From: Yuukianura sp. NJ FZ-2021
Taxonomy: Eukaryota
Reading direction: 5' to 3'
Assembly: GCA_046563655.1 (NCBI GenBank)
Contig: CM102286.1
Span: 434,001 to 498,000 of the forward strand
DNA: 64,000 nt
Below are positions 30,301-42,300 of this stretch, piece by piece (the first letter of the stretch is position 1; the number at the start of each line of letters is the position of its first letter). Under the pieces are notes generated by a model. The model was not told where the DNA came from. It worked only from the letters and a program-made list of their open reading frames with translations, and made no database searches. The position numbers and the translations under genes are program-made.

Positions 30301-33300
30301 CACATAGTTGGTAGGGGTGCCTTAGTAGGGGTGTGAGGCCTCGACTGTTAAATGTCAAAGGTCAATCTTCATTTTTCAATTTTTCGTCTTGTGAAGAATA
30401 AAAATTCTGATGTTCTGTGGAAGCATTGCTAAAATATGTTAAAAGAGACTCTTGATACGATTTTGTCTGTCTGTCCGTCTGTCTGTCTGTTGCGTTTTTG
30501 GAGCTTAGAATGTAAGTTTATAACTGGTGTGAGTGCGTTAAGAGGTGACTGAATCCCTCATTACGTTTTTATGAGATCATTAAACTCTAAGGTTAGGTTC
30601 AAAGTCTCCCCAGTGCAGTATCTTGCACATCTTAAGAAATTTTCTTTAGTGTGAAAAAAGTAATCAAGGTGGTTAAACTTTCCTCTTACAAAAAAATTAA
30701 GGTTCTCAATGTCTCACTTCCACCAGACAAAAAAAAACGCGAAAAATTTGTAATTGGCACTCAAATTATTTTTTATTTGAAATTAAACAACATTAAACTT
30801 GAAATATAAAATAACATTCTCCCTAACCCACCACGAACTAAACATCTCTAAAGTAAAGATTAATTAAGATTTGAAGACTCAAGAAAGTGCGAGGAGTAAT
30901 TTGATTCGGTTTTCAGTTTTATAGCGCCACCATCTTGACTTGTCTCCTCTTTTTTGAAAATTAGGCGCCTTTTTATATACTTCATGAGGAGAGGGCGGAC
31001 TAAACGGCTGAAATGAGATAATTAAACGCTGGAAACGAGAAGGCGGAAAAATTAGTTTTCCCACGACTATTCTCAGGTCCCACACTTTTTTTTTCATTTC
31101 ACTCCAACTTGTTTACTAAACACACCGTACAGGTTGAAAAACCTCACCTTTTGAATTCCGCCGCCTCTTTTTTCAAAAAAAAAATTTTTTTTAACTACAT
31201 AAAAGTTTTTTAAATTGAAAAGACGTGTCAACGATATGGTCACTGCAGGACTCTAATGACATTTGACACTTTATGTTATTCATGGCCTTTGTCATTAAAT
31301 TTAACGCTTCCCGCTCCTTTTTAAAAGTGTTGAAAAACATGTCTTAATTACAAAACGGCTTTTAAAAAAGTCGTAACGAGATCTCAATTTGTTAAGTTCG
31401 TTTGTCGCTGTGAATGACAATTACCTCAAATTTTGATGTTCTTTGCTCTGTTTTTGAACTTGTTGGACTTGTTTTTTTCAGTTTTCAGTTTTTTTTAGTT
31501 TGAGTTTTTTTGAGTGTCACTTTGGAAGTTGAATGTGGGTTTTTGGGTGTTCAATTCCTGTGTGTTGGACAATATGTTAGGGTGGAGGTTATGGTAGGGG
31601 AGTAACTAATAAATCATAGAGAAATGACTAGAAATCCATTGCTCAACGGAACAAGATTTGGAGAAAGTCTTTCCGAGAAAGCTTGTCCTCCAGCGACGGC
31701 TTTTCAAAAAAATGTTCTTTTCCCGCTCATATATATGGAAATTTTGGTGGATTTGGGCGAGTGAGCGGAGGGCCGCTTGAGAATTTACCATGTCATTTGT
31801 ACAGATGAATTATTAAGTCCAATTCAACATAACATAACCTATTCTCACAATCTCACTCCTTACCAGAAATTGTACCAGAAGTTGTATCAGAAATTGTGCC
31901 AAAAATTGTAGCAGAAGTTATACCAGACGTTGGCAGAAGTTATCAAAATTTAGCCGATTTCGGACTACTTTAAGAAAATTCTTACTTACTGCACAAAAAG
32001 AAGAAGGTAAGTCGACAAAGTGAAAGTCTTGTTTTAAAGTTTGAATTAAAAATCTGGTTTGTTTAAAATTTACAAAGTTTTTGTTATTTTTGAATCTTGG
32101 CGGTGCTGAGGAGGGTGAGTCGTGATGAAGAAGTGTGAGATTAGAGTTGAGGCGGGAAAATCCCCAAAGGTCGTGTATTTTTGATTAGGATCTCCGTATT
32201 TCGTGTTATCCCTGATTTCCATAAAGTAAAGGCTACGAAGGTGATGAGCTCAAAAACAAAGAAGGAAGCACAAGATTTTGAATCTTCAAACTTTCCCTCC
32301 TCTCGGATTTAAAATTAGCCTGTCTTGTTTTCCAAAATAAATGCAAATACACCATTTCTCATTTACTTTCATCCTAAAACAAAAATAAGAAGCGACAGAA
32401 AGCTGAAGAGGAAATGATGAGTTTTCATTTTTTTCAAATTTTAGACAAAACTTAATGTGAAACTCAGAAACTTTAAGAAGCTCCTTCGTCATCAAAATTT
32501 CTTTTTGAAATTCAAATTTCCGAAGATTTATTTCCAAAATTTGATCAACCGGATCCTGTTAAAGTTAATTTCTTTTGTTTTGGCTTGTAAAAGTTTCATA
32601 ACACCCCAAGGACATTCCTTCTCAAAAACAAGATTAATGGGTTTGGCACACCCTTCCAATTAAATCTCTCCTCTCAACTGTATTCAAAGTCTATGATTTC
32701 AAAACTTGCAGAAAAGTTTTTCAAAACTTTTATCAAGTGGATTTGTGAAAATAAAAAAACAACTTAAAAGTAAGTTTGTCTAGAAAATAATGAAGCTGAG
32801 GGGATTAACTTGTTGCTCTTTTTTGAGAGCAGCATTGTTTGAATGCGGATTTAAAATTGACGGCGGGAAAAAGAGGATTTGAGAGGGATCATGTCAGATG
32901 CAAATCGCTTTTTAGCTTGTGCTTGTTCAGCCTGAAGTGGAAGGGACTTTCACCAAAGTGAAAGTGGCGAGCTCTAGCGAAATTTTGCACAGTTTGGAGC
33001 GTAAGTTGAGTTTCGCTTGAGTTCCAAAGCTCAGAGCTACTGCAGGACCATCCAGCTTTACGCTCTCTATCGTTGCACAACTTTCACTTTGCTCTAAAAA
33101 ACATAAAAAATTCTACTTTTTCTAAAACTACCACGAATTTCAAAGTTTGGTAAATTCGTCTTTAGTTTTTTGATTTTTTTTTTCGAATTTGTTGAATTGG
33201 CGCCGACGGTGTGAATGAGCGACGTCACTGCAAAGTAGCCTTAAGCCTCGTTCACACCCGCCGTTTTCCGCGGTGATTAATTCCTCTTTTGATACTTTCT

Positions 33301-36300
33301 GTTTCAAAGTGAATGAGTGAATGGCGCATGATTCAAATTGAATGTGATGGTCAACGTAAGAGATACTCTGCACACTAAACAATTGTTGGACTATCGGTTG
33401 CTGTTAACGCTTCATTACATCTCTTTCAAGTCTCCCGCCCCGTCATTCCCCATCTGATAACACACAAAGACACTCTCCAGTTTCTTAATTTTGCTTTCAT
33501 CTTATACCCCATGCATCACTCCACAAAAAAGCTACCCTCAAAGAACAGGGTTCTCCAGATCCCCGCTGAACCCCGCCAAATCCCCATCTGTGCATTTCAA
33601 TCCAAATCAATCCAAATCACAGTTTTCCCCAAACTGGGGAAAACTGTGGCGTTTGGGTATTGCCAAAAGTAGAACAAGGTAAGAAACTAGAGCCGGGTAG
33701 CTCAATAGGTAGAGAGTATTTCCCGCTTTAAGAGATGTGGGTTCGAGTCAAACTCGGTTATTAATATTTTTGTCTCAAAACCCATCCTTTGGAATTCGAG
33801 GAGATGACGAACCCTGGTGACCTCAAGTCCAAAGGAAGTCCTTGAGTGTGACGTGCCCTAACATTGTGACATTGTGACAAGAGAGTGACACAATGGAGAG
33901 TTTACCTTTCGGATTCTTGTCAATCAGACGCTGTTTGGTCCAGGGCGGGAGTGTTTAGATGAAGCGAGGGTCGAGTGAAGATCATTTCGTCACTTTTTGT
34001 TCTCGTCACACCAAACCCTGACGTTTTTTGGCCAAAGTAATGAAGCGGAAGGAGAGTTGAATGGATTTGGCAGAAGGGGGAAGATTTAGACAAAGATTCT
34101 GTTTGGATCTCCCTCTCTTCAAATCCGAGTGAAATCCAAACCCTTTATGAAAATCCAAGTGATGATCTCCACTCTCCGGTTGAAAAATGATCAAATACGA
34201 GTCCAATTTGCCTCTCCTGCTAAAAATCATTTCTCAAACAGACACTTCTTCACTTTACACAAAAACATATTGAAGGGAGGCCAACTCCTGTTTCAACAAT
34301 TCACGTCTTGACTAATAGCCTCTTTTCAAAAGACATTTTCAGAATATCTTTTCAAAATGTTCAATGTTCAATCGTTTTATTGGAATTTAAAAAAAGTAAT
34401 TTTTCCTGTTGGAATTTTTTTCAAAATGAGGTTGTGACTCATCAAACGCTGTCTGTTTTCGTTTTTCGATGAACTCTAAAACTTTTTTTTTTTTCATTTC
34501 CTTCGTATTGATGAAAAGCTAAAAGCTGAGAATGGTTGTGCTAAGATGCGTTAAAGCTTAAGTGAGCTTAAACGTAGAACATGATTTTCCATTTGTAGGA
34601 TTTTCGTTAAGCTTTAGTTAGGTTAGTTTTTTTTTGTTAGGTTAGTTTTTCTTGTGCTGTGGTGAAAGTCGTGCGATGATTAAGATTCAAAAGGAGAATG
34701 CCGGGCTTTGAGCTTCTAATCCCAAACTACACCACACTTCATTACAACCTCATCCAAACGGGATCAACTTCACGCCTTCATTTTCTCACTCCACACTAAC
34801 ACATTATACAAAATAAAGTAATATTTTATTCATTTAATGTTTTCTTGTGTCATGTGATGGTCAAAAGTTGAGCATTTGTTATGTTAAGTTCCACTTAGGA
34901 ACAAAACAGATTGTTTTGTGAATGAATTGTTGTAAAAGTGTGAATGAATGAACTTTTCCCGCCAGAGATTAATGGGCGCATAAGATTCAGTTAATTCTTC
35001 TCCTCTTAAAGAGTTTCTTTAAAGCCTGACGTGCAGAAATAAATGACAAAAGAACATTCTCATTCAGTTTGGAAAAAAAGTTAACTGCGTACCACTCTTA
35101 ATGTCGTTTCTTTGAATGTTAAGAAAAAATTGAAACAATGAAAAAGTTAAGGCCGCCATTGTAATTAATTTTGCTCCTCAAGGAGTCCCTGCTGGTTTGC
35201 AGATGAATGCGGGAGTGGCTGTTGAAAGACAATAGCCGCAAGTGGACTCAAACACAACAGGAAAATCACAAAACAAAACGAAAATAACGAAATCAAAATT
35301 TTGAAAACTTGAACTTTTCAATTTGGAGTCAATTTCTGACGATTTTCTCCAGAAACACAAAAACTGAATTAACAAAGTAGCGACAGTTATTTTTTCTATT
35401 TTTTTAAAATTGGTATTTGCATGTTTCACTACATTTTTAGTGTTTAAAACAAAAGTTGTAAAGTTTGAGAAACTGTTTATGCTACCCGTAGCGTTTTGCA
35501 ATTTATGTGCAGCAGTCTGCAGGGAAAAGGGGGGTAGAAGGTGCAGTGAGGAAAAAGGCGGGAAGCTTTTTATTTTGAAGGAAGTGAAGCCAATAAATTA
35601 AGCCTGGAGATCCCAGTGGTTTCTTTCCTAGTGGTTTGAATTCTTAATTTCCCAGCAGCTTCTTCTATCATGATGATGATGGCTTGTTCCAAAAGTGAAC
35701 TTTTGAATCTTTGCGCCATTTGAACCCACTCTCCCCCCATATTTCTTCTCCAGAGGGGCTAATCTGATGAACCGAACACAAATTCAACCCTGTCTCCACT
35801 CCATCTCCATCAAAAAATTATTCTCCAACTCCAACATCAAAAAGTCAACTTTCATATTTAAAAAAGAATTTGAATAGAACAAGCAACTCTGACTTTAAAA
35901 AACATAAAACAACAAAATTTCAGTCTAAAATTGATAAGGTTTCCTTTGGAGCGAAAGTTTGAACGGAATTTGTGAGTTTTGGTGAAAGTAAAAGTCAAGT
36001 TATGTAAAATTTCTTCTTCTTTTTCATTTGGCTGCGATGTTTGAATTTTTTGTGCTCGCTTGACAAGTTGTGGAGACAAATGACTAGGAATTTGTTGGTT
36101 TTGAAATGAATATTGACGGGTGAGGAGGGGATGCTCCGTGTGTCGTCTAATGACATTTTCTCGGTTCATCAAGAACTTCTCCCTGCAATGTCTGTTTGTT
36201 TGGATGAAGGTGCTTTCTCTCCCTTGCACAACTCGGATCCAACCTACTTTGTATGCAAAGGTGTCACTGGGAAAAGCTCCTTAGAGTGGAATAAGGGCTC

Positions 36301-39300
36301 ACCAAAATTACTCTTTGGATTCGGTCCATCCAACATCCAAAGTGTTCCGACACTTGATGCCACTAGAACTCGCTGCCTACGTTAGAATAAGGTTAGGTTA
36401 TCCTAACCTTAGCCTAACGTAGGCAAGAGATGAATCTTGGAGAGGAGCCATTAGGTTCCTTTCTATATTGGATCAACTTACACCGTCGAATTCTTCCCGA
36501 AGAGAAGCGCTTAACTTTCTGACAGGATCAGCGTAAAGACAGGACGCATATTTCACTCTGGATGGAAAAAAAGCGCCAAGGTTCGAAAAAATTCAAAAAG
36601 GTGTGAGCGGGATACTAATTTTGAATCCAGTTTGGGCAAAATCTTTACTTTTATTTTTACCTCTCAGAGGAAGATTGTATTAAAAAGTGAAAGTGCGAAA
36701 AGCAAGTTTGTAATTTTTTGACACTTGGTGCTATTTCGATGTCAACAGAAGCTTGAGAAGATATCAATTTTAAAGTTTTCAAAATTTCCTAGCAGTCTGG
36801 TGGCGTTTGACGTGTTTCTGCCTTCTGATTGGATCACGTCTGTTTTCAAATTTCCAAATTGCCCGCAAAATGCAAACGTTTGCTTTCTCTTGGGAGCGGG
36901 AAAACATAAATCTTTTGGGCGTGTTGCAAATGAGAAACTCATTGGATTCACATTTCTAAAATGTTTCACAAATAAATCTACCTGACGTGGTCTCATGATT
37001 TTCAAAAATTGTATTATTTTCAAAAATTGTATCATTTTCAAAAATTGTTGAACCACTTTTTCTACCGGCTTGTTTTGAGATGACTTTGTCCAGAGGTCAC
37101 AAGGTCACACGACCTTTAGTCCAAATGTGACATGACCCGAGGCTATTTTGGGATTTAGTGCAGTTGCTCGGTTGATTCATAAATATGTATGAATATTAAG
37201 AGTAGTTTTGTGCAGTGGAGTGGGAGGATGTTAATAGGTGTATTATTAGACTCAATGAAATTACAGTCAGAGAGAACGAGGGAGAGGAAGGGTGCACTTC
37301 GTTAACAAACCAAAGTACAAAAGTAGCAAAAGTTTTCAAAAAAATTTCAAACTTCCCACATTTTTACAAATTCACAAATGACCTTTGACCTTTGTAGTCT
37401 TGAAACTTTTAAAACCTCAGTGAGATAACACAAAACAAAAAGAACTAGCAGCTTTGATTAAATTTGGAGCAGACAGAGGTACAGACAGACCGAGGGAGTT
37501 CTCAAAGCGGTTGTTAGCGTTAGAAAAGAGAAAGTCGTAATTGTAAGCAGAGTGTCGACAGAACGAAACCTGTCATCTATTACTTCATCATCGCCGGTTC
37601 TAAAATAATAGAAGGCGGGAAATTTGAAATTGGATAGATTTATTTCCAACTCCGCCTGCTTTTACTCTTGGAGAAAGCTAATTTCAAAATGAAACGGAAA
37701 TGTAAGCCCATTATTCTTCCCCTCATCCCTCGTCACACGCCGTCTTCCGTCGTCACCCCTTTCTGTCGCCTGTCAATTCCTCTGATTTTACACTTTTATT
37801 GTTTTAAAAAGCGGTCTACACTGTTCTACAACAGTCTAGGATGGTCTCTTCTCAACTCAAAATGTTAAAATTCCCCAGGGCGACACTGTCACCACCCTCG
37901 TTGTAACTTGAGGGTGGTGACAACGTCGCCTCGGGCATTCTGATCTCCAGTGACTGGCAGAAATTGTTGTCAAATTATTTCAATTTGACTTTATTGTCTA
38001 AACAGGGTGAATATGTTAACTTAACTTTTAAAAAAAAAGCTAGAGGAGAAAAGAGCGGGAAAAAATTTGATTTTGAATGTAGGGAAATCAACTAGAATTT
38101 GATTCTTCCCGCGGCTCTTCCGACTTTTTATCCACTTGATTGGCAGCACAATTTCCATATGATTTCACTCAGCATGTCTGACGCATCACTCTAAAATTTA
38201 AAACTATTTTAGTTTTTAGATTCTCAAAAATTTGGTTTTGTTTTTTCAAAATTTGGAAATGCCGTCTGTCTTCGTGTTGTGAACTGTGAAATGGAAAGTT
38301 CAGGCGGCGGGAAATGACGAGAGATCCGTTTTTGTCATTTGTCTCATTTCCTTGTTTTGCATAGAAATGGAAACCAAAGTCTGATTGTTTTTTGTGTTCC
38401 ATTTGAACAGAATGTTGTCTTTTTTGAAAAGTTGCAACAACTTTCAGTTCCAGTTGTTTTGGTAGACCCTCTCCTTGTCACTGCCATTGTTTTTGAAGGG
38501 AACGCGGGATCGAATCTCCCTCGGCTTCTTTTTTATTACAAGATTCGGAACTAGTGGCTCGTGAAAAAGATTTCTGGGGTGTGTGTGCCTCATCCTTTGC
38601 TACTTCAATTCTATTTTGGCCTGTCTAGGGAAGAGGGATGGATTTTCGCGGGTATTTGAGCATTTGGCGGGAACTTTTAAATTCTATCAGAAATGAATCC
38701 TTCTCCATCATTTAGGTAGTGCATGGTCACTGCACAGTAATCGAACGATGGTCACTCTGCACCCCATCCTCACTCAACCCCAACCATCGCATCACTCATT
38801 CCTTACCAAAATGTCCAATTTTTAAAAAAAAAAAATCAAAATTTCAAAAACAAAAATGAGTTTTACTGAATTTTTAAACTGCTCGCTCCTACAGTCTACT
38901 CATGTCAGATAGAATTGTTTTCGAATAATTTTTTTTTGAAAAGTGAAAACGCAGGAAATTTTTTTTTCAGAAAATCATGAAATTAGTAGAGTAAGCAAGG
39001 TTAGGGCTGAGTGGACGGTCTTGACTAATCAGCTGAATCGTGGATCTTGTCCAAAGCTCAAAAGAAAATAGAATTTTGGCGGCTACTTTCCCCGCGGCTT
39101 CATTTTTTGTTCTGAGCGGGGCAAAGTGAGACTTTTTTCCAAGAGAAACTGTTAGGATCTGTCCATAATTCCATTTGAGTGCTCTCTGACCTCAGGACGA
39201 TGACCAGGGTTCGCTCAGTCTCTGGAGACAAAGAGCCCTTAAGGGATCTCGAGTTTCGTAAATTGGACAGATGCACCACACTTTATAAAATCCTAGTTTT

Positions 39301-42300
39301 TGTTATACTAACTTTAGTTTAGTTTAATCAAGATTTTGTCTTGATTGATATTTTAATCGAGCCGTGCTAAGTTTTTGACTAATTAAGTAATTTTGAGCAA
39401 AGGTGCGGAAATTGTGTTAATTGTGGAACAGAAATGATTAATTTGCGGTAGCGTTGACTCAAATGTGACAAGTAGGAGGGTGAGGTGTTGGTTTTCAAAT
39501 TTTGTGGGAAATTTCAAAATCAAAGCTTTGCGTTTCCCGCCTAATTTATTTTACAATCCGCTTTCAAGATAGTTACTCCCTCCGTTTCCTTGAAAGTTGT
39601 GCAAACATAAATAATTGCGTGACACAATCTTGATCCCGATTAGACCACAAATTATCAACGACACGACTGCAACATTTTACAAGATGAAATCACAAACTCA
39701 CCTAACCTAACTTTTGCTTTTTGTTAGCCTAACCTTGTTACAAAAGTAGTGAAATCGGAGCATGTTGTTGACAGTTTAATTCCAGAGGGCAACATTTTTA
39801 GTAACAATTTAATGAGTAAGTAGTAAATCACAAAGTCCCGCTCTCTTTTCCTCCTTAGACAGAAACAGAAGTTTTCTGCTAGAATTTAGTTACTCCCTCC
39901 AAACTTTCTTTTTTTTTCATGTTGAAAGAGGGAAGTGAAAGTAAAGTTAATTACTGGTTCGCAGTGCCCTCCAGGAAGTCAATAGAGACTGAAACCAAAC
40001 AGGACTCTCACCCTCATTATTTCACAATACCAAGAATTACGACTTTCTCCCACAAAATATACTTTTTCTTCTAGAAACAAAACATTCTGTACAGCAAAAG
40101 TAGTTTTTCTCAAATCCAATTTTCCAGCTTGACCTTTATTGATTTCAGAAAACAATTCTTGTTCGTTAGATTTTTTTTTGTGACACAGAAACTTTATGAC
40201 CCGGTCACTTCAGAATTTGCTATTTGAGAAGAATTTTTGTTAGGAAAGAGAAATTCTCTTGAGAATTTTCGGGGTTTCCGCTGTTTCGGACCCCACTTTT
40301 CCTCAGACTCAGGAATTTGAAACTTTGAGGGTCAAATTCTGAAAGTTCAGAAACAAAAAGGTTTTTTTTTTAAAGTTTGATGAATTAGCATAGTGTTGTG
40401 CTTGATTGACTTTTTGGCACCTTGTAATTAGTTTAAACTAAAAGAAGTCAAACGAATTAAGACTTTTCAGAGAATTAGACACGCAAAGTCAAGTTGAAAT
40501 TCTTGTTGAAACTCGCACAAGAATTTCACCTAATTGAAATTCTAAAGAATTTCTGTTTCTGCAAGCCTTTGAAGAAGGTGTGAAAATTTTGTTAAAAAGG
40601 TATTAGTTCCGTTTCAAAATTCCTGTTTGACCAGTCACTACTGTCGTTTTTGATCATTTTCTTTTAGCGGGAGTTTTCAAATATATTGAAAGTCCCGGGT
40701 AACTCTTCTGCGTGGCTTTTGGGATTAAAGGAGAAACACAGTCTCCTCACGTTCACGTTCTAAGGCGGGAACGTCTGAATTCATCGATATGCCAGCTGGT
40801 AATAAGCACCGTAAATCCCCTGATTCACCCGTAATTTCACCAAAGACTTCAACTTTCTCCGGAAGGGCTTCACACACTGCCCGAAGTTAGGCTAACCTAA
40901 CGTAAAAGTTAGCCTAACGTGAAAGTTAGCCTAACCTCAAAGTTAGCCTAACTTTGGACAAAGCTAGACACAATTCATAAACTTGGTGCCCTTCCAGGAG
41001 ACTCCAGAAATTGAACTTCGGAAACCCTTTTTTGTACTATTCCGGCCCAAGAAAAACCGTAACCAAGGAAACGCTAAACTTCATTTCTATTCTGAACACT
41101 TCTCGCTTCCGCTTTTTCAGTGGGACGCGCGTTCGAGTCCCGCTTCCGTCGTTTTTTATGAACATTTTCATCATTGTCATGCCCGTACTGCTCCCAATTC
41201 ACGCAAAAAATGCTTTCACTTTCAAAAATATTTTAAATTGTACCGCATTTTCAGTATTTTCATATTGTGCCTCAATAAAAATTTTGTAACTATGACTTCA
41301 ACTAACCATAATGGTAACCATTTGGTAACCTTAGTTGTAACTCGAGAGTAACCACGTAACCATTGATAATTACAAGTTAGGAATGTAATCGTGCCCTACA
41401 TAAGTTTTAACATTCTGAATTTGAAGTGTAGTTAGTTCGTGCATTAAAATGTTGCACAGATTCGCACGAAACTTTCTCCTTTTGCTGCGTGCATACGAAG
41501 TGAGGGGGGAGTGGGGTTGCGGGGATTCGGAACAGCGTTTTCCCCTCCTTTGTTATGTGCTGTGATTGTTATTCTCAACAAGTCATAAGGAAAGCACAAT
41601 GCCCATCTCTGGACCAAGTGACCTGGAAACCACTCACGTTGCCCTGACTACGCCTCCGAAATTTCAAAGTTGCCCGCTTTCTGCCCGCACCCCTCACGGC
41701 CACTTTTACGAACCATCCCAATTGAGTCATCTTCCACGTCCGAACCTTACTTTTTTACGAGGTGCCAAAATGTGGAGTGTGTGACTGCCTTTGGACTCAC
41801 GTCGTCAACGTAGGCCGTGCGCTCCACTGCAGTAAGAGAAGAATACGGAATCAGGGAGGGGGGTACTTCGCATTGCAGTAACGAGGGGAGGGGTACTTCG
41901 CAGGGGCCCAACTTCGGCCTTGGACACTTAACCTTACCCTAGTCGACAACAAACAAAATGAGCATGGAAGTCAGGTTCACTGTAAGGACGTGCAGAGTTG
42001 TGTTTTTAAACGTCACGTGGTTTTACGTGGCCATGCACTTTACAAATTTAAGTGCAAAAGATGACTTTCAAACGTAATCAACATCACGAGACTCACGTTG
42101 CACCACTTAAATAAAAAACGTGGCGATTTTGAAAAAAAAAACATCGTAAAACGCTCAACAATTTTTATGTGACGATCACATTTCTCACGTTTCCGTTTGG
42201 TTTCGTTCTTTCGCAATTCAAAAATCATTCAACCTCGCAAATTATTTTGGTTTTCAAAAAAAAACTGAATCCAAATTACAAAATTGTGACAAAAACAAAA

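Noticed and set aside
29609..30490. Inverted (GACA)n/(TGTC)n patches as ends of a Helitron/DINE-like element
   Set aside because: Only short microsatellites are shared; no subterminal inverted repeat or 3' hairpin could be identified.
33692..33759. Functional tRNA gene
   Set aside because: Anticodon arm and T-stem do not pair properly; kept only as a relic.
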